From: an uncultured bacterium
Lineage (GTDB): Bacteria; Babelota; Babeliae; Babelales; Vermiphilaceae
Reading direction: 5' to 3'
DNA: 64,000 nucleotides
Assembly (NCBI GenBank): GCA_963695335.1
Contig: OY968764.1
Location: forward strand, 1,152,001-1,216,000
How positions within the stretch are numbered: position 1 is the stretch's first letter; the number at the start of each line of letters is the position of its first letter. Of this stretch, positions 38,545-48,474 are shown one piece after another. The notes under the pieces were generated by a model. The model saw only the letters and a program-made list of their open reading frames with translations, ran no database searches and was not told the DNA's origin. Position numbers and translations under genes: made by a program.

Positions 38545-38584
38545 AGCGCTCAAAGATATCCTTCAACAAGTTCAGGACGAGCGC
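38545..38584. repeat. Family-A repeat (intact IS110 target)
   Basis: gatatccttcaacaagttcaggacgagcgc. Confidence 0.88.
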
Positions 38585-38669
38585 TATATTTGAATTCTTA
38601 TCTTAATTTTTATCTCAAATGAATTTACGCAGCAGCTGCTGCGTAATTATAATTCTAACAATTTCATAT

Positions 38670-39803
38670 TTATAACAACTTCATAAATTGGGTGCCAGGA
38701 TAATAAAATTTTAAAATACTTTTATAATCCCACCCATCACGCACCATCTGACGTGCACCCCATTGGCACAACCCAATATGATGACCAAAACCACGGCCGG
38801 AAAATGTTATTTTTCCGGCATTTTTACGTACATCAAAATGAAATGATTTAACATCTTTAAGCGCTGAATACAGTTTTTTTCCAGAAACAACGGTGTGCGC
38901 CTTGGGTCCTCTTAATTGTACTTCAGAAACCAATCCCGCTTTATCTTTTTTAACAATGTGAATGTCATGCAACTGTGCAATTTCAGGTTTATGGTGATGC
39001 AGAAGTTTATCAAGCATCGCATGATCGTATGATACTTGCCATGAATACAATGAACAACTTTTGCAATGCGTACATGCATATGAACGCGCTAAATACGGAA
39101 CTTTTGCAAAATCAAAATCATCAACGAGTGCAGGAATAATACCCCCGCAACATGAATCAAACATTGCTAAAATTGGCTTTCCATTAAAACCAAGCACGAT
39201 TCCTTTAGTTTGCTCTACTGCTGATTTTAATACTGGCAAATCATGCCTACCTTTATATGTTTGATGCGCATTACTATTTTTAAGATGATATGGACGACTA
39301 CTTTTTTTTGCTTCTAAAACTTTATGTGCACCGTAACTGCGGCATGCAATAGCGAGTGATTTATTCACTTCTAACGGCCATCCTGGCCAACTTTCTGTTT
39401 TTAATACTGCAGTAATATAATCTTCCAATTCAACGCAGTTAATACATAAATAACTATCTTTATGATGCATAATACAAAACTCACCATCATACGCAACACC
39501 ATTCAACTGTGCATGCCCGCTGATTGGTCGCACGCGCACTGCATGTTTAAGACGCTTACCTTTATAAAATAAAAAACCACGCTTTACCGTGAGTTTAAAC
39601 TGTTTTACTGTAATTGGTTTTTTTAAGTGTTTGTCATTCCCATCAACTGCTTGAATAATAAACCCTTTTGGCGATGTAAATGACCACTGTACAAAAGATG
39701 TTGCATCACATTCAGAAATTAAAACACGCACGGTCATATGAGCACACGAAATATTACAAAATAAAACAATAAAACAGGTGAATAACCTAAAGATGGATAT
39801 CAT
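38670..39803 (-). CDS. SpoIID/LytB domain protein (lytic transglycosylase-like)
   Basis: INCVELEDYI..E..WPLE, QTYKG, SCCGG, GRGFGHHIGLCQWGA, ILKFYYPGT. Confidence 0.9.
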   Translation of the reverse strand: MISIFRLFTCFIVLFCNISCAHMTVRVLISECDATSFVQWSFTSPKGFIIQAVDGNDKHLKKPITVKQFKLTVKRGFLFYKGKRLKHAVRVRPISGHAQLNGVAYDGEFCIMHHKDSYLCINCVELEDYITAVLKTESWPGWPLEVNKSLAIACRSYGAHKVLEAKKSSRPYHLKNSNAHQTYKGRHDLPVLKSAVEQTKGIVLGFNGKPILAMFDSCCGGIIPALVDDFDFAKVPYLARSYACTHCKSCSLYSWQVSYDHAMLDKLLHHHKPEIAQLHDIHIVKKDKAGLVSEVQLRGPKAHTVVSGKKLYSALKDVKSFHFDVRKNAGKITFSGRGFGHHIGLCQWGARQMVRDGWDYKSILKFYYPGTQFMKLL

Positions 39804-40251
39804 GACTTTGCAACAACGCAATATATTTGTGAGGGGGAATATTCTTACAATCAATACCATAATTTGCCATCGCGTCAGCTTGCGTATTTTCATCACGCAA
39901 CACGTGCGCAACGGTAGCACGTAATTTTTGAATATATTTTTTACACAAAGCATGTAATGGCTGCAAATGAGGTTGCTTAACTTTGTATATGCCAGTTAAC
40001 TGACGCACTAATAACTGTGAATCAGAAATAATCTGCACTTGATCATCAACACCAAGATGTTTTTCTAATAAAAAAAGACCAAATAACAATGCCAAATATT
40101 CAGCCTGATTATTGGTCTTAATACCAAGGTAATAACCTTCTTTAATTTCTAAAATTCCATCTTTTTCAATATAGATACCTGCACCGGAAGGGCCAGGATT
40201 GTTGCGAGAAGCACCATCAACAAAAAGTTTCCATGTTACATTTTTTTTCAT
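39787..40251 (-). CDS. rnhA: Ribonuclease HI family protein
   Basis: VDGASRNNPGPSGAG, TNNQAEY, SDSQL, NTQADAMAN. Confidence 0.92.
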   Translation of the reverse strand: MKKNVTWKLFVDGASRNNPGPSGAGIYIEKDGILEIKEGYYLGIKTNNQAEYLALLFGLFLLEKHLGVDDQVQIISDSQLLVRQLTGIYKVKQPHLQPLHALCKKYIQKLRATVAHVLRDENTQADAMANYGIDCKNIPPHKYIALLQSHDIHL

Positions 40252-40967
40252 TGATGTTTTTCCATAATTTCTGGTGCATACAATAAACGGTAACAATTCT
40301 GACACTGCAAAAGAGCTCCACGTTTTGCACGGATCATTTCTTGCTGCGTAATCAAATGGGAACATGCGCTACAACTTTGATGAACAATTTCAACAACAGG
40401 ATCTGGCACTCGTGCACGCATCATGGTATATTTTTCTAACCATTCAACGGGAACATTTGCTTCTTTTTCTACGCGCTGCGCGGCAAGCTGAGTAATTTCA
40501 TCACTCAAATGTACCGATTTTGTTTCTAATTCTTGCACCTTTTCATGCAACTGTTGCAGCTGTTTTTCATACTCTTTTGTTTTTTTCTGCAAACTGTGTT
40601 GTGCATTTTCAAGCTGATGCCATGCATCCAAAACTAACTGTTCTTGATCAACTTGCATCTGTTGAACTGCTTCAATTTCTGCTTTAATTGCTTGATACTC
40701 TTTATAATCGGCAAGACGTTCTAATCGTTGTTTTTTATCTTTTTCTTTTTGATCAAGAGATTTCATTTCAAGCTCTTGTTCATCAACATTTTTCTTGAAC
40801 TGAAAAACACGTTTATTCATTTCATCAATATCACGTGCGTGCTCTTCTTCTTGCTTATTGAGATGTGCAATTTCGGATAAGATAGATTTTTTTTCAGTTT
40901 CTAAAGAATGGATTTTCTGATCAAAATTGACGAGATCGATAAATCGAAGAAATGGATGATCACTCAT
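40248..40967 (-). CDS. Coiled-coil + C4 zinc-ribbon protein (CT398/HP0958-like)
   Basis: Long coiled coil then CSAC...CQNCYRLLY; adjacent to rnhA. Confidence 0.85.
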   Translation of the reverse strand: MSDHPFLRFIDLVNFDQKIHSLETEKKSILSEIAHLNKQEEEHARDIDEMNKRVFQFKKNVDEQELEMKSLDQKEKDKKQRLERLADYKEYQAIKAEIEAVQQMQVDQEQLVLDAWHQLENAQHSLQKKTKEYEKQLQQLHEKVQELETKSVHLSDEITQLAAQRVEKEANVPVEWLEKYTMMRARVPDPVVEIVHQSCSACSHLITQQEMIRAKRGALLQCQNCYRLLYAPEIMEKHQ

Positions 40968-40996
40968 GTATTCCCCTCACAGCTCTCTTTAATGTT

Positions 40997-41073
40997 TGGT
41001 GGGCCCACCAGGATTTGAACCTGGGACCTTTCGGTTATGAGCCGACTGCTCTGACCAGCTGAGCTATAGGCCC
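40997..41073 (-). tRNA. tRNA with CAT anticodon, probably tRNA-Ile2 (lysidine)
   Basis: gggcctatagctcag...ctCATaaccg...gggcccaCCA; Ile-type acceptor stem. Confidence 0.9.
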
Positions 41074-41254
41074 CACACTTTTTTATCACAAGAAGCACGT
41101 AAATAAATACGTAGCTGCATTGATAGAATAGCTTAAATAAGAAAATTTGTGAAGCGCGAATATGCATTTTTTTAAATTATTGTAACTTCCCGAAAAACCT
41201 GTAATCTTACACCTTATACAAAAAAAACATTCCTCCATTTTAAAAGGATTTTCC

Positions 41255-41656
41255 ATGAAAATACAACCTACTAAATACACAACTCTTATATATCATCTCG
41301 CGCTCACCCTGAGCCTGTCGAAGGGCATCTTAGAGCGCTCGAAGAAATCCTTCAACAAGTTCAGGACGAGCGCAGATAAAAAAACTAACTATAATAAATT
41401 ATATATTGCTGCTCTTCTCACTGTTACAAGCACAACATTCTGCATGCATACAGCAAACAAATGCAACAAAGCATATGTTCTCACCACCAACCGAATAAAT
41501 ACTGTACAAGGCAGAAGAGAAGCATATCAAAAATACTGTCCAACACAAATCAATTGGGATCAACCAGCCAATAAACAAACTCCTAAAATGGAACTCAAAC
41601 CTAACCGATCACAAAAAAATGATTGTGGATATTGGAGCCAATACACGAACAAATAA
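41255..41656 (+). CDS. Hypothetical exported protein with an in-frame family-A repeat pair
   Basis: RBS aaaagga; repeat 41299-41373 encodes ALTLSLSKGILERSKKSFNKFRTSA ahead of a leader ..TTFCM. Confidence 0.55.
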   Translation: MKIQPTKYTTLIYHLALTLSLSKGILERSKKSFNKFRTSADKKTNYNKLYIAALLTVTSTTFCMHTANKCNKAYVLTTNRINTVQGRREAYQKYCPTQINWDQPANKQTPKMELKPNRSQKNDCGYWSQYTNK

Positions 41657-41708
41657 CTTCACTCTCCTAACCGGGGTCCCCATTGCAATGCAATGGAGAT
41701 GGGGTAAT

Positions 41709-42758
41709 TCAAAACTTCCATCCAATATTAAACGCTGCATAATATTTATCTTTAAACTGATTACCAAATAAATGCTCAGAAATAACTGCTGAAATACCGC
41801 CCTGCAAAATAAGGTGTTGCGTGGAAAACCATAATGATGGTCCTAAAAGAATAAAATTTCCTCCGCTATTAAGATCAATTATGCCTAGAATTTTATTGCG
41901 TTGCCGATACAGGCCATCCAATTCTACCATCCAATTAAAAATCCATTTATCAGCTTTGTATGCTATATTTTTACTAATGCCAAACTGATACAAAAATTCT
42001 TTACCAAATTTGGTCTGATGATGAGATGTTGGTATTACCCCTGCCATAGCCGTAAAACAGTACCAATCTGTTCTCATATGATTTGCAGTAAACCCTAAAA
42101 AAAAACTCACAGCTCCAAAACCTGTTGGTGGCACTTTAGTAGCTGAACCTACGGGAAATCCAATATTACCAACTAAGGTAACTTGAGTGAGTGTATATAA
42201 TGCATCACGCTCATAAATAGCACCTTCTAACTGTGCAATCAAATCTTCAACGCCATGCGATTCAAATGACCCATATTGAAACCTTGTTGCAACTGATTGT
42301 TCTACAAATAAAGAAAGTTTGTCAGTAATTCCATATAAAAGAGATGGCGCTGCTTCTGAAAAATTTTTATGCTTTCCTTTTAATTGATCAAGATAAAGAA
42401 AAAGTTGCAGATCACCTTTATCAATAATATTTTGACCAAAACCAACAAGCGGTCCTGGTTGTTGCGATGCAGGAAGTGCAAAATTACCCACATGCACTTG
42501 TAATTGCTCTTCTGCAATAACAAAAGATGATATAAAAAAAAGAACAATTAAATAAAATCTATTATTTTTTTGCCGCTCGCTTACCCTCATCTTCAATTCT
42601 TTTCGATGGGGACCCCAATTGAAATGTAATGAAAATTGGGGCAAAAGGGTGCAACATAACAATAACTTTCTCTTATCGCACCCTTCGATACATTTTACTA
42701 CGTTACACTTCGTAAAACACTCAGGGCGAGCGGTTGGGTGTTCATATTTTTTTTTCAT
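41709..42758 (-). CDS. Putative outer-membrane beta-barrel protein; N-terminus carries in-frame A- and C-family repeats (start uncertain)
   Basis: Paralog of upstream gene (VGNFALP.SQQP.PL..FGQN); ends GWKF. Confidence 0.65.
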   Translation of the reverse strand: MKKKYEHPTARPECFTKCNVVKCIEGCDKRKLLLCCTLLPQFSLHFNWGPHRKELKMRVSERQKNNRFYLIVLFFISSFVIAEEQLQVHVGNFALPASQQPGPLVGFGQNIIDKGDLQLFLYLDQLKGKHKNFSEAAPSLLYGITDKLSLFVEQSVATRFQYGSFESHGVEDLIAQLEGAIYERDALYTLTQVTLVGNIGFPVGSATKVPPTGFGAVSFFLGFTANHMRTDWYCFTAMAGVIPTSHHQTKFGKEFLYQFGISKNIAYKADKWIFNWMVELDGLYRQRNKILGIIDLNSGGNFILLGPSLWFSTQHLILQGGISAVISEHLFGNQFKDKYYAAFNIGWKF

Positions 42759-42762
42759 TTTA

Positions 42763-43665
42763 TTAAAACTTCCACCCAGCGTAAAAAGATGCAAGCCAAC
42801 GATCCCTTGTTTCTCTTCCAAACAGATGTTGATCTATCACCGCCGCAATACCTCCGTCCATTTCAAACCGCCGAGTAGAAAAGAATAGAGAAGGCCCCAA
42901 AATCACCGTGTTACTACCACTATTACAATTTATCAAACCACATACTTTATCGCGCTGTTTATACGTGCCATCAAGTTCTACCATCCAGTTCAAAATCCAT
43001 CCATCTGTTTTATATGCTATATTTCTTCCAACACCAAACTGATAGAAAAAAAGATTACCAATTTTATTATTTTTATACATAGTAGTTATCAAACCACCAA
43101 AAGAACTGAAATAGTACCAATCAGGTTGAGTGCGGCTTAAGGTAACTCCTAAAAAAAAAGTTGGTGATCCAAAACCAGTTGATGGAGTTTTTGAAAACGA
43201 ACCGGTAGGAAATGACATATTTCCTACCGCAGTAATTTCATTAACACTCATTGGTGTTAAATGTGCATACACAACTTGTTCCAATTGTACTGTTAAATCA
43301 CTCACCCCATGCGATTTGGAACCTTCATGCATAAATTTTGCTGCAATTGGTAATTCTATAAATAAAGATAATGTGTCAGTAAGTCCATACAAAATAGAAG
43401 GAACCACGGTAATAAAATTTGACCGTGGTCCTTTAAGTTGATTGTAATTAATAAACGCAAGCAGATCATTCTTATCAACCAAATTTTGCCCAAAACTGAA
43501 TAATGGTGCTGGTTGTTGCGAAAGTGGTAATGCAAAATTACCAACTTTTACTATTTCTACATGTTCACCAACCCACTTTTCACTCTCTTTAGCAGTGATG
43601 GCAATTACCATTGCCACACTTATTATAAGACTTCTTTTTACTACCCTACTTTTTACTAACAACAT
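42763..43665 (-). CDS. Putative outer-membrane beta-barrel protein
   Basis: Leader, amphipathic strands, FPTG motif, terminal aromatic YAGWKF. Confidence 0.65.
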   Translation of the reverse strand: MLLVKSRVVKRSLIISVAMVIAITAKESEKWVGEHVEIVKVGNFALPLSQQPAPLFSFGQNLVDKNDLLAFINYNQLKGPRSNFITVVPSILYGLTDTLSLFIELPIAAKFMHEGSKSHGVSDLTVQLEQVVYAHLTPMSVNEITAVGNMSFPTGSFSKTPSTGFGSPTFFLGVTLSRTQPDWYYFSSFGGLITTMYKNNKIGNLFFYQFGVGRNIAYKTDGWILNWMVELDGTYKQRDKVCGLINCNSGSNTVILGPSLFFSTRRFEMDGGIAAVIDQHLFGRETRDRWLASFYAGWKF

Positions 43666-44324
43666 TTTTGTTTTACCCTTCCCGCTTTTATCGCTTCATC
43701 AACAGGAATTAGTTTCCCTGTCATAACATCAAAAATCAAACCATAAATTGGAATGTCTGGTGCAATCAGAGGATGATTACGAATTTTTATCACATCATCT
43801 AACACCGATGTATATAACCCTTGCTGAATCGTCATCCAATCAATACATTGATACCCAACACAGGAATCTTCTCCGCAACAAGTAGCTCTTTTACATGGTG
43901 TTATCTTACTCTTTTGCTCTTTTTTTAAGCTAGCACTACAATACATTACACGCGCATTCTGTTGCATGCTACTTTGCAACAGTTCATTCATCGATTTATC
44001 AGTGAATCGTTGCATGCCACAATCAGTATGATGCACAACAAAAAATTGATTTGCTTGTAATAACTTTGATGCAATAATTAATGATCTGATAGCATCATCA
44101 CTTGCACGTCCGCCTGCATTACGTATAACGTACATATCTCCCGCTTTAAAACCCATAATATCGTGGGTCAACATCCGCGCATCCATACATGTCAGCAAAA
44201 CAGCGCGCTTATGCGCAAAAGGATACGGCTGCGCTACATAGTGTGCGGCATACTGCTTGTTTGCTTCTATAACTTCATTATAAAGAGTATTATCATCCAT
44301 CAATTTTTCTTTCAATGTAATCAT
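43656..44324 (-). CDS. Beta-class carbonic anhydrase (start uncertain)
   Basis: TCMDAR, IRNAGG, HHTDCG zinc ligands. Confidence 0.92.
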   Translation of the reverse strand: MITLKEKLMDDNTLYNEVIEANKQYAAHYVAQPYPFAHKRAVLLTCMDARMLTHDIMGFKAGDMYVIRNAGGRASDDAIRSLIIASKLLQANQFFVVHHTDCGMQRFTDKSMNELLQSSMQQNARVMYCSASLKKEQKSKITPCKRATCCGEDSCVGYQCIDWMTIQQGLYTSVLDDVIKIRNHPLIAPDIPIYGLIFDVMTGKLIPVDEAIKAGRVKQKCC

Positions 44325-44457
44325 AACCAATTGCTCTCTAAAGAATCTCATCTTACCAGGAAAACCAATAACAATAACAATAACAAAATTCTTGATCATT
44401 AACGACTATCTTGATTACATTCAATGCTAGAATTAATTTTTTACAGAAAGGTTTTCT

Positions 44458-45210
44458 ATGAAACACATAAAAAATGTGCTCACTGTCCTAACATTGCTTG
44501 CAATACTATCTACAGATGCAAAGCAAGTTGGCAAAAAAACAATTACTAATGAACCACAACCAAAACCAACCCCAACACCTTACGTACAACCAACACCAAA
44601 ACCATTGCCACAACCTGCGCCATACTATCCACAACCTCAAACTGGCCCAAGCTATGAAAATATATATGATTTATTACGAAAAAAAACACCCAATTCTTCA
44701 GATTTTTCAATGTTGAACAACATAATACATGAAGCAGAAAAACAAATACAACAGATACAAACAGCAAATCTTATGAGAGCAACAACTTCTGTAGAAAGAA
44801 AACCTAGTCAACAACCTACGCCTATTATAAACAGCAACTCCCCTGATTATCCTCTACAACTAAAAATGTACGCAGGCAAACTCGTCCATCAATACCAGAC
44901 ATCTCTTAAAATATCTGATTTCCAAATAAAAAATGCCTACCAATACGACCAAGATATTTTCCTGCAAAAAGACAAAGATGAACAATATGACGCTATTGCA
45001 AGAATAGTAAGACATTTTGTTGCTCAATTCCCAAATGTTGATAAACAGACTACGGTAGAAACAATCTTAAGAGCCATTACACTCCATGAGAACTTTATAC
45101 AATTAAGTGAACAGATAACAAAAGTATTAGGGAAAAATTCTGAAAAGATGATAAAAGAAGTTAGACAAGATATAATAAAAATGATCGGTTCAGCTTGGGA
45201 TGATCTCTGA
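44458..45210 (+). CDS. Hypothetical secreted proline-rich protein
   Basis: Leader ending TDAKQVG, PQPKPTPTP tract. Confidence 0.7.
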   Translation: MKHIKNVLTVLTLLAILSTDAKQVGKKTITNEPQPKPTPTPYVQPTPKPLPQPAPYYPQPQTGPSYENIYDLLRKKTPNSSDFSMLNNIIHEAEKQIQQIQTANLMRATTSVERKPSQQPTPIINSNSPDYPLQLKMYAGKLVHQYQTSLKISDFQIKNAYQYDQDIFLQKDKDEQYDAIARIVRHFVAQFPNVDKQTTVETILRAITLHENFIQLSEQITKVLGKNSEKMIKEVRQDIIKMIGSAWDDL

Positions 45211-45230
45211 TAAAAATAATATTCATTTTT

Positions 45231-45279
45231 AAAAAAAGCCGGTTAGATTGCAATCACGCGCAACTCTTCCGGCTTTTTT
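45231..45279. terminator. Bidirectional intrinsic terminator
   Basis: aaaaaagccgg...ccggctttttt between convergent genes. Confidence 0.65.
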
Positions 45280-45282
45280 AAT

Positions 45283-46284
45283 CTATTTACTCACAAACTC
45301 CAAAAAATCTTTCATCCGCACACTATAACCCCACTCATTATCATACCACCCAAAAACTTGTCCCATCGTGCCGTTAGTTGTTGTTAATAAACCATCAATA
45401 ATAACTGAATGCGGATCGCCACTAAAATCACTGGAAACTAATGGCTCCATAGTCAATGCAACAATATGTTTCATTTTATTTTGCGCTGCATGCTTAAACG
45501 CATCATGAATTGCTTCAACAGATAACTCTTTTTGTGTTGTAAACACCAAATCTATAAGTGACACTTTCCCCACCGGCACTCGCATAGCTTTTGCTAAAAC
45601 TTTATCAGCTAAATGCGGTAAAATTTTACTCAACATTTTAGAAGCACCAGTTGTTGCAGGAATAATATTAAGCGCTGCCGCACGTGAAAAACGCAAATCT
45701 TTTGCTTCAACATCCAACAACACTTGGGAATTAGTATATGCATGAGTTGTTGTCATGCAACCACGCACAATGCCAAACGCATCATCAAGAACTTTGAGTG
45801 TTGGCATAAATGCATTCGTTGTGCAACTTCCCAATGATACAATTTTGTGCTCTGCAGGATTAAACAATTCTTGATTAACACCAGGAATAATTGCAACATC
45901 TTCATCATGCGCAGGAGCAGAAATCAGTACGCGTTGAGCACCAGCTGCAATATGTTTTTGTGCCCCATCACGATGCGTAAATTTACCGGTGCAATCAACA
46001 ACCCAATCAATATTCATTTGTTTCCACGGCAACTTTTCTGGATCTAACTCAGTGATAATTTTAATACGATGACCATCAATAACCAACTCATCACCATGAA
46101 TTGCAACGTCTCCCTGAAATTTTCCCATTAATGTATCGTACTTAAACATATGTGCTACGTATTCTGCTTGTGAACTGCCAATATTAATCGCAACAACTTC
46201 AAAACTATTCTTTGCATCTTGTTCCACACAACGCAAAAAACTACGCCCAATTCTGCCAAAACCATTAATTGCTACACGCATCAC
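45283..46284 (-). CDS. gap: Glyceraldehyde-3-phosphate dehydrogenase (type I)
   Basis: INGFGRIGR, SCTTN, WYDNEWGYS. Confidence 0.97.
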   Translation of the reverse strand: MMRVAINGFGRIGRSFLRCVEQDAKNSFEVVAINIGSSQAEYVAHMFKYDTLMGKFQGDVAIHGDELVIDGHRIKIITELDPEKLPWKQMNIDWVVDCTGKFTHRDGAQKHIAAGAQRVLISAPAHDEDVAIIPGVNQELFNPAEHKIVSLGSCTTNAFMPTLKVLDDAFGIVRGCMTTTHAYTNSQVLLDVEAKDLRFSRAAALNIIPATTGASKMLSKILPHLADKVLAKAMRVPVGKVSLIDLVFTTQKELSVEAIHDAFKHAAQNKMKHIVALTMEPLVSSDFSGDPHSVIIDGLLTTTNGTMGQVFGWYDNEWGYSVRMKDFLEFVSK

Positions 46285-46296
46285 TCACTCCTAATC

Positions 46297-46383
46297 GTTC
46301 GTTTCCTTCGACAAGCTCAGGACGAACGGAAATTGTATTATCCTATACCCCGTTCGTGGTGAGCCTGTCGAACCATACGAACG
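46297..46383. repeat. Family-A repeat pair
   Basis: ccttcgacaagctcaggacgaacgg...ccgttcgtggtgagcctgtcgaacc. Confidence 0.88.
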
Positions 46384-46453
46384 CCCATCTAGCATACTAC
46401 ACATAGATTATGTATAATGACGACAATTAACCGTAAATAAAATAAAGCTCACT

Positions 46454-47230
46454 ATGAAAACAAACATTTTTCTCGTCATCACAATAATGACTACACTACA
46501 CACCCATGCTATGGAAAACGTAATGATGCTACAAGCCCAAAATTATGTGATGAAGGATATAAAATGGCCATTGTTATGGCAAAATTCTCATAACCAAGCA
46601 TCAGTACCATATACACCACAAATCAATGTACCTACCGACCCTCTTGATGAAATAATAGCGTATTGTTCAAACAGAGATCGTGGAAACTTAAGAAAAACAT
46701 GTAAACAACTTGCTCACGTAACATCAATTAATCGTCTTAATGCATTCATGATACATGATTTTAAGATCGGCAATAGAAATGAAACCGTTAACTTTTTTAA
46801 AGCGGTCATAAAAACAAACAATCCTGAATTAATACCAGTAATAATCAACTTCGCACAAAAAAAATCTGCATCCTATCGTCCACCAAGCCAACGGGACGCT
46901 GTCTGCATCACTTTTGAATCAAATAATGAATATAAAAAACAGGAATTTATCAAAAATCATTACATCTTTCCATTACTCAAAGAAGCAATTGCACAAAACA
47001 AGCACGAAATGATCAATAAACTGCAAAATGAAGGTTATGAAAATGAAATAATGAATATGGTAAAAAACAAAAATAAATCTCAGCCACATATAAAAGGTCT
47101 CGTAGCAGCAGCTGGAACAAGCCTATTTGGAATACTGGCTTTTACAGCTTATATTCTAACTGCCTCGCCACATACATTTTATAATGGTACGTATTCTCCA
47201 ATAACTATGCCGCCTTTCAATTCTCACTAA
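46454..47230 (+). CDS. Hypothetical secreted protein with F-box-like segment and C-terminal TM
   Basis: HAMEN leader; VPTDPLDEIIAYC...NLRKTCKQL; hydrophobic tail. Confidence 0.6.
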   Translation: MKTNIFLVITIMTTLHTHAMENVMMLQAQNYVMKDIKWPLLWQNSHNQASVPYTPQINVPTDPLDEIIAYCSNRDRGNLRKTCKQLAHVTSINRLNAFMIHDFKIGNRNETVNFFKAVIKTNNPELIPVIINFAQKKSASYRPPSQRDAVCITFESNNEYKKQEFIKNHYIFPLLKEAIAQNKHEMINKLQNEGYENEIMNMVKNKNKSQPHIKGLVAAAGTSLFGILAFTAYILTASPHTFYNGTYSPITMPPFNSH

Positions 47231-47286
47231 CGCCAGCCGCGAATTGTATGTAAAACTGCCAACTCATCTTCCACTGCTAATTTTTT

Positions 47287-47422
47287 CCGCTCGCCCTGAG
47301 TGTTTTTGCAAAGCAAAAATGTATCGAAGGGTTAAGCGGAAAGATAACCATCTCATATCATTTTTATATCGCACCCTTCGATACATTTTTTTGACAACAA
47401 AAAAACACTCAGGGCGAACGGG
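47287..47422. repeat. Inverted pair of extended family-A repeats
   Basis: ccgctcgccctgagtgtttt...atgtatcgaaggg / cccttcgatacat...aacactcagggcgaacgg; same variant at 42681-42733. Confidence 0.85.
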
Positions 47423-47459
47423 TTAAATAATCAAACTTTTAATCTTAGAATAAACTACA

Positions 47460-48284
47460 TCACCATTCACGAATTTTATTCAAAACTGCCAACTCATCTT
47501 CCACTGCCAATTCAGGCGATTCAATCAACAAAGATATATGTTGCAATTGTGAATGCATTGCAAATCTTTTAAGTGCACCTTCACCAATATTTCCCTGACC
47601 AACAACACTATGACGATCAATAAAAGAACCCACCTTTTCTGTTGTATCATTCAAATGAATCAGCTTAATACGCTCAAGACCAATTGCTGTATCAAGCAAA
47701 GCAATAAAATCATGTTGCCCTTTGGCACTCACCAGATCATAGCCAAATGAATGTGCATGTGCAGTATCAATACAAAAACCAATACGTTCTGGCATATCAA
47801 TTTTTTCAAGCAATATTTTGAAATCAAAAATGTCACTTCCAACCGCCAAGTTAGTGTGACACGTATTTTCTAATAAAATAGTAATATCCTGTTCTTGCCT
47901 GCACAATTTATTCAATGCAACAGCTAATGCATCAATCCCTTCACTTTTGTGCTGCGCACCTTTTGCGGTGCCTGCGTGCAGCACAAGATGAGTAAATTCA
48001 AGACGTTTGGCGAATGCAACTTCTTTACGCAGTTGCGGCAAACCATTATTACCTAAACTCGCCAAATTAACCCAATACGATGCATGACAATAAAGATCAC
48101 TGAATCGCGCACGCCGAATTTTTAAAAATTCACGTATTTCATCATCAGAAGCATAGATTAATTTTCCTGTTTCTTTGGGTACAAAAAAACATTGGAAAAA
48201 AGGCAGACTCAATGCATCTGCCCTTTCTAATAATTCATGTAATGATGAACGCATACGAATATGCGCGCCGATTCGATTATTCAT
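47460..48284 (-). CDS. nfo: Endonuclease IV
   Basis: IGAH, HASYWVNLAS, LLENT, CIDTAH, IHLND, DRH. Confidence 0.9.
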   Translation of the reverse strand: MNNRIGAHIRMRSSLHELLERADALSLPFFQCFFVPKETGKLIYASDDEIREFLKIRRARFSDLYCHASYWVNLASLGNNGLPQLRKEVAFAKRLEFTHLVLHAGTAKGAQHKSEGIDALAVALNKLCRQEQDITILLENTCHTNLAVGSDIFDFKILLEKIDMPERIGFCIDTAHAHSFGYDLVSAKGQHDFIALLDTAIGLERIKLIHLNDTTEKVGSFIDRHSVVGQGNIGEGALKRFAMHSQLQHISLLIESPELAVEDELAVLNKIREW

Positions 48285-48303
48285 AATCTTTATACTATTT
48301 TGT

Positions 48304-48459
48304 GTTCGTATCCTTCGACAGGCTCAGGACGAACGGCTTAATACATTTTTTAACCAAATTGTTCCAATCTCATTCGTATTGATACTTCGACAAACTCAGT
48401 AGTAAACGCTGCGCTCAACTCTCTCTCCGTTCGTGTTGAGCTTGTCGAAACATACGAAC
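48304..48459. repeat. Family-A repeat cluster
   Basis: ccttcgacaggctcaggacgaacgg...ccgttcgtgttgagcttgtcgaa. Confidence 0.85.
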
Positions 48460-48474
48460 ATCTTTCTGAATATT

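Noticed and set aside
40964..41280. ORFs 40964..41167 and 41086..41280
   Set aside because: They overlap the tRNA gene and its promoter region; spurious.
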